Shown in pieces: positions 17,529-24,862 of a stretch of 24,862 bases of DNA; positions within the stretch are counted from its first letter, which is position 1, and each line of letters starts with the position of its first letter. The notes under the pieces were generated by a model. It saw only the letters and a program-made list of their open reading frames with translations, did no database searches and was not told the origin of the DNA. Source of the DNA: Candidatus Thorarchaeota archaeon (GTDB taxonomy: Archaea; Asgardarchaeota; Thorarchaeia; Thorarchaeales; Thorarchaeaceae); contig JBHLQM010000041.1 in the NCBI GenBank assembly GCA_048884785.1, positions 5,779 to 30,640 on the forward strand, in the 5' to 3' direction. The position numbers and the translations under genes were made by a program.

Positions 17529-17628
17529 GTGGACAGGACCCGCGTCCTGTTGATCGCCGCCGGGAGGGGGACGCAGACAAAAGCAACAGGAGCTTCATAT
17601 AAGCATCAAGCTACGGGTCACCTGTCAC
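17529..17628 (-). ncRNA. Candidate structured RNA, element B (three-way junction; apparent homolog of 5950-6096)
   Basis: Closing stem GACAGG(ug)ACCCGU / GCGGGU-CCUGUC; hairpin AGCUUGAUG-cuua-UAUGAAGCU; 8-bp stem UCCUGUUG/CAACAGGA enclosing a loop with UCCCCCUCC. TATA TTTATA at 17653-17658, about 25 nt upstream of the first paired base. Confidence 0.65.
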
Positions 17629-17680
17629 ACTCATAATTGAGTAGGGATGGCCTATAAATGTATAGTTAACAGTCAAAATG

Positions 17681-17700
17681 GAAAAGTTTTCGAAATTTCG
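17681..17700. promoter_or_regulatory. Two abutting palindromes upstream of the element B promoter
   Basis: GAAAA-G-TTTTC (17681-17691) and CGAAATTTCG (17691-17700). Confidence 0.3.
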
Positions 17701-17805
17701 TGATGTTTGTCTAATAATGCAAATGCGCAAAAATCGCACCATAAATGACGTAGAAACTGCCCTCTTCTGGTTTTGTGAACCATACCAAGCACTGTTTGGG
17801 ATAAT

Positions 17806-17915
17806 TGGTAGCCCCGCCAGGACTCGAACCTGGGTCCAGCGGGTATTCCGCCACAGAGCTCGCGAAGCTATATGGCTCCAGAACCGCTGATGATGGACCG
17901 CTACACCACGGGGCT
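17806..17915 (-). tRNA. tRNA-Gln(CUG) with a 34-nt intron at 37/38 (intron 17844-17877) and encoded CCA
   Basis: Acceptor AGCCCCG/CGGGGCT with A1-U72; anticodon stem AGCGG/CCGCT; anticodon CTG at 17879-17881; T arm CCAGG-TTCGAGT-CCTGG. Strict bulge-helix-bulge: TTCT/GGAA helix with 3-nt bulges GG|A and TA|C. The spliced length is 76 nt. Confidence 0.97.
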
Positions 17916-18046
17916 GTGAAAAGACTCTTGAGTCCTGTGAAGTCGGGCATAGCCAGACGTTTAATTACCTTTTCGGTGAAACATGTAGTAAATGTTATTT
18001 CGGCTGATTAATTAGACGGATGAGAAGATATTCAGGAGAAACTAAA

Positions 18047-18778
18047 ATGCCCTTCTGGCAAGACCTAACACGAAAAGGCTTCTTGGAAGCAATCGAACAG
18101 ACTGACGTTGCAATCATGGTGACTGGTGCCTTGGAACCTCATGGGGATCATCTTCCATTGGGAACTGATAACCTTCTCCCAGCTTATCTTGCCAAGATTG
18201 CAGCCGAAAAAACCAATGCTCTTGTGCTTCCTCCAATTAACATGGGATCAAGCTGGATTTTCAATAAATTTGCTGGGACGATAACTATTGATCCTGTTGT
18301 ATTAGTTCAGTTCTACAGGAATGTAATGGAAGGTATATTCAAACAGGGTACTAGACATTTGATTGTACTCAATGGTCATGGTGGAAATGTTGGACATCTT
18401 GAGGCAGCAGCCCAATATGCAACTGAACATGGGGAAGGATCAGTGATTATCGTGAATTGGTGGAGAGAGTTAGCCGATAATGCTAGATCAACAGTCCTAG
18501 AGTCTCCTGAAGGACATGCGGCGGAGGATGAAACTTCTGAGGTCATGTATGTGGCACCTCATCTTGTAAAAATGGAGGATGCGACAAAGGCCATGGTGAA
18601 GACTCGATTTCGTGTAGTTTCAGGTAGTCAGCGGAGAGAACTAATACCTGATGCGACCTACGGAGACCCTACTAAGGCATCTATGGAGAAGGGAAAGCTG
18701 ATAATGGAACAAGCGGCGGAGGAGTTCATTGAATTAATCCAGCAGCTAGAGAAAGGCGATCTTCCATTCGTCAAATGA
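18047..18778 (+). CDS. Creatininase/creatinine amidohydrolase family protein
   Basis: GALEPHGDHLPLGTD, NGHGGN, GHAAEDETS, GDPTKAS.EKG. SD AGGAG favours ATG 18047 over 18020. Confidence 0.92.
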   Translation: MPFWQDLTRKGFLEAIEQTDVAIMVTGALEPHGDHLPLGTDNLLPAYLAKIAAEKTNALVLPPINMGSSWIFNKFAGTITIDPVVLVQFYRNVMEGIFKQGTRHLIVLNGHGGNVGHLEAAAQYATEHGEGSVIIVNWWRELADNARSTVLESPEGHAAEDETSEVMYVAPHLVKMEDATKAMVKTRFRVVSGSQRRELIPDATYGDPTKASMEKGKLIMEQAAEEFIELIQQLEKGDLPFVK

Positions 18779-18787
18779 AATGATAGC

Positions 18788-19630
18788 TCAAATCCCAACC
18801 TTAAAGACAAGAGCGTCCCTCAGAACTCGTTGGAACATCCGAAGGAGATTCTGTCCGCTAATTGCTATTGTTTCAAAAACTGGATGTCCCACCAGGCCTA
18901 GCATATCGATCATATAATCGACAGGTAGTGCATTGGGAAGGTCTCGCTTATTTAGCGAAACAATAATTGGCATGGTTGCCAGCCTGTCAGTACCAAGCGC
19001 GATTCTCAGTTCTTCGAGAGACGCAAGATTCTCGTTCATCATTTCAGGTCTCGAGTCCGCCATGAAAATAATGCCATCAGCATCCCGCAATACAGATATC
19101 CGGCTGCGGGCATGACGTCGTTGCCCAGCGACTGTGAAGACATCGAAAACAATTCTTTCACTTGCAGTGACCGGGACGAAATCAAAGAAGGTTGTTCGTC
19201 CCAACTCATCGCCTATTTCAACAAGCCGTCCCTTTGCTAGGGATCTTACATTAGCAAACAGCCATCGAAGGGCAGTTGTTTTTCCAGACAGTGATGGACC
19301 ATAGAATACAATCTTGATATGTACTCTTCCTTGGTCATCTCGCTTCAATAGTTTTCCAGGGACGATTTCTGCGATTGAATGATGTGGGATTTTTGCATCT
19401 CGAGCCAGGTCTAGTGTCTTCTCACGATCAACCCTCAGTTCATCTGTAGATGCCACAATGCTTCCCTCTGGCTTAACTGGACGTGCGTCAACTGAAACAA
19501 CAGGAGTCGTTTCCGGGGCTATTTCAGGTACAGGTGCTTCTATGCTGGAGGGAGGGGAAGATTTCGCTCTTTTGTCTTCTTCCTCTTTTGGAGATTTTCT
19601 CCTTCTCATGAGCCGCCTAAATACTGACAA
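18788..19630 (-). CDS. Ras-superfamily small GTPase, MglA/Arf-like, with N-terminal extension (probable TTG start 19630)
   Basis: G1 KIVFYGPSLSGKTT, G2 RTTFFDF, G3 TVAGQ, G4 NKRD, G5 TIA; SD GAGAGG precedes TTG 19630. The ORF-track start (19840) would overlap the divergent gene. Confidence 0.88.
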   Translation of the reverse strand: MSVFRRLMRRRKSPKEEEDKRAKSSPPSSIEAPVPEIAPETTPVVSVDARPVKPEGSIVASTDELRVDREKTLDLARDAKIPHHSIAEIVPGKLLKRDDQGRVHIKIVFYGPSLSGKTTALRWLFANVRSLAKGRLVEIGDELGRTTFFDFVPVTASERIVFDVFTVAGQRRHARSRISVLRDADGIIFMADSRPEMMNENLASLEELRIALGTDRLATMPIIVSLNKRDLPNALPVDYMIDMLGLVGHPVFETIAISGQNLLRMFQRVLRDALVFKVGI

Positions 19631-19730
19631 AACCTCTCTCCAACGGACAAAAAGAAGCTCTCTAGTCTTAAGGATTATGGGAATGTAATCAGTGACCTTT
19701 ATCTGCACTAAGAGGACCCATTTGAGTATC

Positions 19731-20855
19731 ATGAGGCCGATAATCGATCCTGCAACTATAGATTCCTCTTTTCCAACTCTGAAAGAAATGACATATCTAG
19801 ATAATGCTGCTACTGGGATTCCGCCTATTTCTGCAGTCAATGCAATGAGAAAGTACCTCGAAGATCAGCTTTCTGCAAAAGGGACCATAGAGGATACACT
19901 CAACTGTTTCAAGAGTATCAAAGAAGGCCTTGCCGCTCTTTTAGGAGGAACTGTTGACTCCTACGGTTTTGCGCCAAATACATCTGTTGGACTCAACATT
20001 TTCGCCCACGGAATTAATTATCCAAAAGATTCCAATATCGTTGTATGTGATATTGAGTTTCCAGCGAGCTACGTGCCATGGCAACATGCCGCTCGTTTAT
20101 ACAACGCCGAGCTTCGTGTCGTGAGATCAAGAGAAGGAGGATTTTTACTTGATGATTTTGTTGAAAAGATTGATGAAAATACCAAAGTAGTAGCAATCAG
20201 CTTAGTTCAATTTGGTACAGGCTACAGAGCCGAGGCAGAGAAACTTGCGAGGGCCGCTCATGATAATGGAGCATATTTCGTTCTCGATATTATTCAGGCG
20301 GCAGGATGGCAAGAAATCAATCTACCCAGAATGGGGGTGGATTTTGCGGCGGCTCAAGCAGCCAAATGGCTGATTGGCCCTATTGGGGCGGGATTCTTTT
20401 ACATCAGAAAGGAAATCATGGAAGAAATTCAGCCAAGATACCTCGGTTGGTGGGGAGTGGAAAATATGCAGGATTACACATATTCGGAGAAGAAGCCTAC
20501 ATCTATCGCCACTAAATTCGAGGTCGGCTCTCCATCCATGATTGCCTATATTGGATTCAAAGAATCGTTGGACTTCCTTCTATCAATTCCTGCACGAAAT
20601 AGGGAATTAGCGGCACTTGATAATGCAGACTATTTTAGGAAAAGATTGACGGAGATTGACATTCCCTACTATGATTTTCCCGAGGCAAATAGATCCCCAA
20701 TTGTATCATGTTGGCCTAAAAACCCGGACCAATTGCAGAAGTCCGCACTTAAAGAGAGAATTCATTGCTCTGTACGAAATGGTCGTCTGAGGGTGTCACC
20801 TCACTTCTACAACACTCGAGATGATATGGATCGACTTCTGGAAAAAATGAGGTGA
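19731..20855 (+). CDS. PLP-dependent aminotransferase class V fold enzyme
   Basis: YLDNAATG, PNTSVG, DIIQAAG, AAKWLIGPIGAG (PLP lysine), RVSPHFYN. Confidence 0.92.
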   Translation: MRPIIDPATIDSSFPTLKEMTYLDNAATGIPPISAVNAMRKYLEDQLSAKGTIEDTLNCFKSIKEGLAALLGGTVDSYGFAPNTSVGLNIFAHGINYPKDSNIVVCDIEFPASYVPWQHAARLYNAELRVVRSREGGFLLDDFVEKIDENTKVVAISLVQFGTGYRAEAEKLARAAHDNGAYFVLDIIQAAGWQEINLPRMGVDFAAAQAAKWLIGPIGAGFFYIRKEIMEEIQPRYLGWWGVENMQDYTYSEKKPTSIATKFEVGSPSMIAYIGFKESLDFLLSIPARNRELAALDNADYFRKRLTEIDIPYYDFPEANRSPIVSCWPKNPDQLQKSALKERIHCSVRNGRLRVSPHFYNTRDDMDRLLEKMR

Positions 20856-20859
20856 TATC

Positions 20860-21546
20860 ATGTTTGATCTAATCGCTCCGGGAGTGTACATGTTAGTAAG
20901 TAGAAGCTTTGATTCAAACATTGGATACCTCGACTCAGGAGATAGAAAAGTCCTCATTGATACAGGAACTGGAATGTTTGCCACGCAAGTAGATAGTGCT
21001 TTGCATCAGTTAGGAGCGTCATTGGAATCCATTACGGACGTGCTTCTTACTCATAGTCATATTGATCATATTGGAGGTATTGTGCCAATACTAGAAGTTG
21101 GACAACCGAAAATTCACCTTCATGAAGTGGAAGCGGATTTGATAAACTCAGGAAATATGTCACTGACCCTTGCAGACACATTTGGAGCAGACATCCCCCC
21201 AACCAGAATTGAAGGTGTGCTAAAGGAGGGGGATGTTTTAAGCTTGGGAAACATGAAAATCAAAGTTCTACACACGCCGGGTCATTCAGGTGGCAGTGTT
21301 TGCTTTCACTTGGAGGAAGAAGGCGTGGTGTTCACAGGTGACACGATGTTCTCAGGAGGCAGTTTTGGAAGAGTTGATTTCCCAACAGGGAGCTCCAGAA
21401 AGCTCGTATCATCCTTAAAGCGACTTGCCACTCTTGAGAATTTTGAAATTGCTTTGCCAGGACATATGAATCCAGTTCGGAATAATGCGATAAGAGCAGC
21501 AATGTCTTCGTATCAGATGGCCAGCAACTGGTTTAGCGTTGCGTGA
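20860..21546 (+). CDS. Metallo-beta-lactamase fold hydrolase (glyoxalase II-like)
   Basis: LIDTG, THSHIDHIGG, HTPGHSGG, FTGDT, GRVDFPTG, LPGH; SD GAGGTGA. Confidence 0.93.
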   Translation: MFDLIAPGVYMLVSRSFDSNIGYLDSGDRKVLIDTGTGMFATQVDSALHQLGASLESITDVLLTHSHIDHIGGIVPILEVGQPKIHLHEVEADLINSGNMSLTLADTFGADIPPTRIEGVLKEGDVLSLGNMKIKVLHTPGHSGGSVCFHLEEEGVVFTGDTMFSGGSFGRVDFPTGSSRKLVSSLKRLATLENFEIALPGHMNPVRNNAIRAAMSSYQMASNWFSVA

Positions 21547-22522
21547 CAGATCTAATCAATTCATCAGCTGCCATCTCTACATCTTCTTCAGTAAGCTCTT
21601 CTTGAGCTAAGTATCTCGATTCTATTGCCTTTACAAGTGAATAGATGGCTTCACTGACTGGGGTGTCAATTCCAAGTTCATGTGCAAAACTGATTACCGC
21701 ACCGGTAATTGAGTCAATCTCTGTCTTTTTCCTTGCACGAATATCTTGAAGCATTGAGTTGATATTCTCCGAGGTTGCTTTGGCAGTTCCAAGTGCATAC
21801 CTAACTGGATTGTCTGTTGTAAGCTCTACGCCAAGAGCCTGAGCAACGGCTGCTGTTTCTTCCACAAGTCGAATCACCAATTTGCGTAGTGCCGTATTCT
21901 CGTAGATTTCTCCATTTGTCATGTTAGTTAATGCACCAACAGGATTGATGCCGCAGTTCACGATAGTCTTAGTCCAAATGACGCCTTGGATGTTGTCAGA
22001 AGCTTTTACACTTAATCCCGCATCCTGAAACAAATCAGCAACCTTTCCAACCATGTCTAGATTCTCAGGATAGACCGAACCAATCTCTGTAATTCCTTTT
22101 CCAGTCGCAGTGACTACACCTGGAGCTAGCATCAACGCACCCATACAGGTTGTTGCCCTTAGAACACGGGTAGTATTGAGAGTTTCAGCTACCAGGGATT
22201 CCGTTCCAATCCCATTCTGCAAAGGCATCACATAGGCACCTTTGTCAACAAGATGCTTGATTTCCTTGGATGCGGTAGCAGTGTCATAAGTCTTGGTTGT
22301 GATGAGAACCAAATCAGCAGATTCAATTGTTGAGGCGTCCTCAGTCGCTTCGATTTGAATCTCATGATTGCCCATGGCTCCAAGTATTCTTAATCCATTG
22401 GACTTTACGGACTCGACAACAGGATTTCTGCCAACTAATGTAACAGTACCTGGGTTTGCTAGATTAAGGAGACCACCGTACAAGCAGCCTATAGCTCCTG
22501 AACCCATTACCACAATCTTCAT
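21533..22522 (-). CDS. panE: Ketopantoate (2-dehydropantoate 2-) reductase
   Basis: GSGAIG, TKTYD, LQNGIG, WTKTIVNCGINP, SMLQDI..KTEIDSITG. Confidence 0.95.
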   Translation of the reverse strand: MKIVVMGSGAIGCLYGGLLNLANPGTVTLVGRNPVVESVKSNGLRILGAMGNHEIQIEATEDASTIESADLVLITTKTYDTATASKEIKHLVDKGAYVMPLQNGIGTESLVAETLNTTRVLRATTCMGALMLAPGVVTATGKGITEIGSVYPENLDMVGKVADLFQDAGLSVKASDNIQGVIWTKTIVNCGINPVGALTNMTNGEIYENTALRKLVIRLVEETAAVAQALGVELTTDNPVRYALGTAKATSENINSMLQDIRARKKTEIDSITGAVISFAHELGIDTPVSEAIYSLVKAIESRYLAQEELTEEDVEMAADELIRSVTQR

Positions 22523-23322
22523 TTCATACCCTCCCTTAGTTCGGCAATTGTCATTTTTTTCTTGGACGAAAGATTCTCAATCATAAGCTGGATAGAGTTG
22601 CGAATATTCTTATCATTATCAAATGCTTCAACGATTCGCGATAATTCTTCGTGAGGTAGTTCCCTCAATTCACGAGCGTATTCGACCATAAGCGGCAGAG
22701 CACGAACAATATTGTCAACAATTGTAATGTTTGAGTAAATGGACGTTCGACTCACAGGATTTAAATCAATAGTTATGACGTACTTGCCAATCTTCCTCAA
22801 TGCTTCAGTGCGGTCGCCATCCTCTAAAGGAACCAGTACGACATCTGCTGAACCAATTCCATCAGGGTCGACTTTACGTCTGTTACTGCTAAGTTCAGGA
22901 ATAGTTACTGAAGGACGGTCATGAGTTCCCAACACTCCTTCTGCACCAGCATTGTGTAATGCTTCGAGGATTGCGTACTCTCGCTCTTTCCTATAGTAGA
23001 ACAGATTAATCTCAAGCGGTGCGGATGTTAGTTTCGATAACTCAACAAGCTGTTCAGGAACTAGTGAACATGCGTTGCCATTCACACTAATGACCGGATG
23101 CGTTGCAGTCAACATAGCTGCAACCGCTGCACGAATGGTTTCCCTTGCCTGTTCAGTCGTTTTCTCGCCAATGAAATAATCGAAAGCCTCACCCCTGCCA
23201 TGTGCAAGAAGGCCTGCAGTGGCAACGATATCTAGTTCATGCCCTTCGATGATCTTTTCGCGAACCTCCAATGATTCCCTTCGGGGATGATCAGCAGGAA
23301 TCTCTATCTTTGTCACTAGCAT
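22519..23322 (-). CDS. Archaeal phosphopantothenate synthetase (4-phosphopantoate--beta-alanine ligase)
   Basis: HPRRESL, GLLAHGRGEAFDY, VISVNGN, EINLFY, VPLEDGDRTEAL, IDLNPVSRT. The start may be GTG 23316. Confidence 0.95.
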   Translation of the reverse strand: MLVTKIEIPADHPRRESLEVREKIIEGHELDIVATAGLLAHGRGEAFDYFIGEKTTEQARETIRAAVAAMLTATHPVISVNGNACSLVPEQLVELSKLTSAPLEINLFYYRKEREYAILEALHNAGAEGVLGTHDRPSVTIPELSSNRRKVDPDGIGSADVVLVPLEDGDRTEALRKIGKYVITIDLNPVSRTSIYSNITIVDNIVRALPLMVEYARELRELPHEELSRIVEAFDNDKNIRNSIQLMIENLSSKKKMTIAELREGMK

Positions 23323-24254
23323 AAAACGCCTCCTTGATTCGATATCTTCGTGACAAAGACCTCACTCTCATTCCAATAGGTCCTTAGAATTGAAACAACA
23401 TTTGGTACTTCATTTTCATCGCACAGACAGTATACAGAATCGCCAAGCATCACCATGCTGGACATATTGTATCCTGATGATTTCAAATCTGAGAGTGCAG
23501 ACCTAATTCTTGGTGATTCCAAGCCAATAGCATCAGCAAAATCGATGGAAGAGCTTACAATGCTCTCGAGAGATGGATGTTCCATTATGCTCTTAATGAG
23601 CCTATCGCCGGCTTTATTCACTAGCTCTCGTGCGGCAGGATTTGTAAGAACTGATTTCGTTTCAAGACTAGTTGCACCAGACAATACGACGCTAATATCT
23701 TCAGGGTAAGTGACATTGATGGCTTTACCTATGCCGGGTGCCCCAGGGGCCAGTCTGATCTCAAGGCCCCCAAGAGTCTGAGCAATGACATCACCAAGTC
23801 CGGTATGATTAATCACTTCAGCCTCATGCGCATACTGAGCAGCAGAATTATAGTCCATGTTTTGGTCGATCAAATGCCCCAAAGCCAGTGCTGTGCCAAG
23901 TGCCCCAGCTCCGGAAGCCCCAAAACCAACACCGATGGGCAGGTCTGATTGATGATTGATATTGACATCAAGTGTCAGTCCATAGTCTTCAGTCAGTTTC
24001 TCCACCACCGTTTTCGTTACTTTGGCTTGAAGCTTCCGTCCGTTGTATGCTATTTTGAGTCTTGGTTTTGCTTGTTCGCTAACAGTGATAGTTGTTAGAG
24101 TGCCCATTTCTACTGAGAAACCCGCACCTTGAGACCCTCTGTGCAGGACGTCCGGATGAGAATCATGAATCCGGAAGAGACAGGTGATATGTCCGGGAAC
24201 ATACGCCTGAGCTGTTCGTTTATCTGGATTCAATGCTCTCTTCAAGCTCTTCAA
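23316..24254 (-). CDS. Pantoate kinase (GHMP kinase family); start uncertain (TTG 24254/24245/24233)
   Basis: AYVPGHITCLF, GSQGAG, LPIGVGFGASGAGAL, AHEAEV..TGLGDV, GGLEIR..PGAPG, MVMLGDSV; coupled to the PPS gene. Confidence 0.93.
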   Translation of the reverse strand: MKSLKRALNPDKRTAQAYVPGHITCLFRIHDSHPDVLHRGSQGAGFSVEMGTLTTITVSEQAKPRLKIAYNGRKLQAKVTKTVVEKLTEDYGLTLDVNINHQSDLPIGVGFGASGAGALGTALALGHLIDQNMDYNSAAQYAHEAEVINHTGLGDVIAQTLGGLEIRLAPGAPGIGKAINVTYPEDISVVLSGATSLETKSVLTNPAARELVNKAGDRLIKSIMEHPSLESIVSSSIDFADAIGLESPRIRSALSDLKSSGYNMSSMVMLGDSVYCLCDENEVPNVVSILRTYWNESEVFVTKISNQGGVLC

Positions 24255-24353
24255 CTCTAAAGGTATCTATAAAGATGACCATAGTACCAAACATAACGTA
24301 TATACTCATATATATTCTATATAATTATTATATACTTATGATAGGCGTCTTTA

Positions 24354-24862
24354 TCAACCAATAGGAACTAGACTCGTGTATTGCTTGACCCGTGGATCGT
24401 CCGATGGGGGTGCAGGATATGCCCAGCGAGCGTCGATGTCTCTGCCGCTAAGATCATAGACAGTGAAACTACCCGAAGACCAAGTCAGAGGGCTGAATCC
24501 AAGAAGAAGGGTCTGTGTGCGCCAGCTTGTGACAACAAGGTGACGATTCATTCCAACTGTTGGTACAACAAGAAAGACATTTGACAATTCCATCAGGAGA
24601 GATGTGCTGATTCTATAGAAGAAGCTGTAGGTCTTTCGATGCTCTTCAGAACCCTGAATTCGTAGGTCATTCAGATATCTGTGAATCGTCTCATCGTGAA
24701 CGCTGGGGTCCATCACATCGGAGAGCTCCTCAACATCCACCGTTATTGCGGTCTCGAAATAATAGGCAAGCGGAAACTCCTGCAAATGAAATACAAGCCA
24801 TTTGTCCTTACTAATCACATCATAGAGATGGTGAAAGATGGATTGCTTTGCCGATAGAGCCG
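24354..24862 (-). CDS. Hypothetical protein, 5' end outside the window
   Basis: The frame stays open upstream of the ORF-track start 24818 to the window edge (..ALSAKQSIFHHLYDVISKDKW..). Confidence 0.65.
   Translation of the reverse strand, partial: ALSAKQSIFHHLYDVISKDKWLVFHLQEFPLAYYFETAITVDVEELSDVMDPSVHDETIHRYLNDLRIQGSEEHRKTYSFFYRISTSLLMELSNVFLVVPTVGMNRHLVVTSWRTQTLLLGFSPLTWSSGSFTVYDLSGRDIDARWAYPAPPSDDPRVKQYTSLVPIG

Noticed and set aside
17455-17598. N-terminal extension of the methyltransferase ORF (MKLLLLLSASPSRRR..)
   Set aside because: It is an unnatural sequence that coincides with structured element B; better SD-associated starts exist at 17454 and 17439.
17440-17805. Integrated element at the tRNA 3' end
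   Set aside because: I found no integrase, no duplicated tRNA 3' fragment and no cargo genes in the window.
17678-18011. Short ORFs 17678-17890, 17711-17950 and 17805-18011
   Set aside because: They overlap the tRNA-Gln gene and are shadow ORFs.
19631-19840. N-terminal hydrophobic extension of the GTPase in the ORF track
   Set aside because: It overlaps the divergent aminotransferase gene head-to-head; an SD plus TTG at 19630 is more plausible.

Overview
Archaeal chromosomal window of mostly housekeeping genes. The likely source is an Asgard (Thorarchaeia-like) archaeon; this is inferred from a divergent EF-2 paralog, an MglA/Arf-like small GTPase, the archaeal PoK/PPS CoA route and a BHB-intron tRNA. 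From left to right it holds: the 3' end of a Thr-rich membrane-anchored protein, a wHTH-like hypothetical, a polyprenyl-PP synthase, PhzF, PmbA/TldD, tetraether lipid synthase (Tes/GDGT-MAS), a MazG-like NTP-PPase with a CxxC protein, an IleRS with non-canonical GVHH/PMHKS motifs, an M20 peptidase, an EF-2 paralog (HTG at the diphthamide site), a SAM methyltransferase, intron-containing tRNA-Gln(CUG), creatininase, a small GTPase, a class V aminotransferase, an MBL hydrolase, a PoK-PPS-PanE operon and a truncated hypothetical. No mobile element or CRISPR array is visible. The most striking unexplained signal is a pair of apparently homologous structured non-coding elements about 11.5 kb apart (~5950-6096 and ~17529-17628, both minus strand). 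Each lies behind a TATA-like box. They share the ordered motifs ACAGGU..CUUGAUGC..UUUU..UCCCCCUCC..CGAU..CCACC, while their long stems differ in sequence but still pair. I do not recognise this RNA family.
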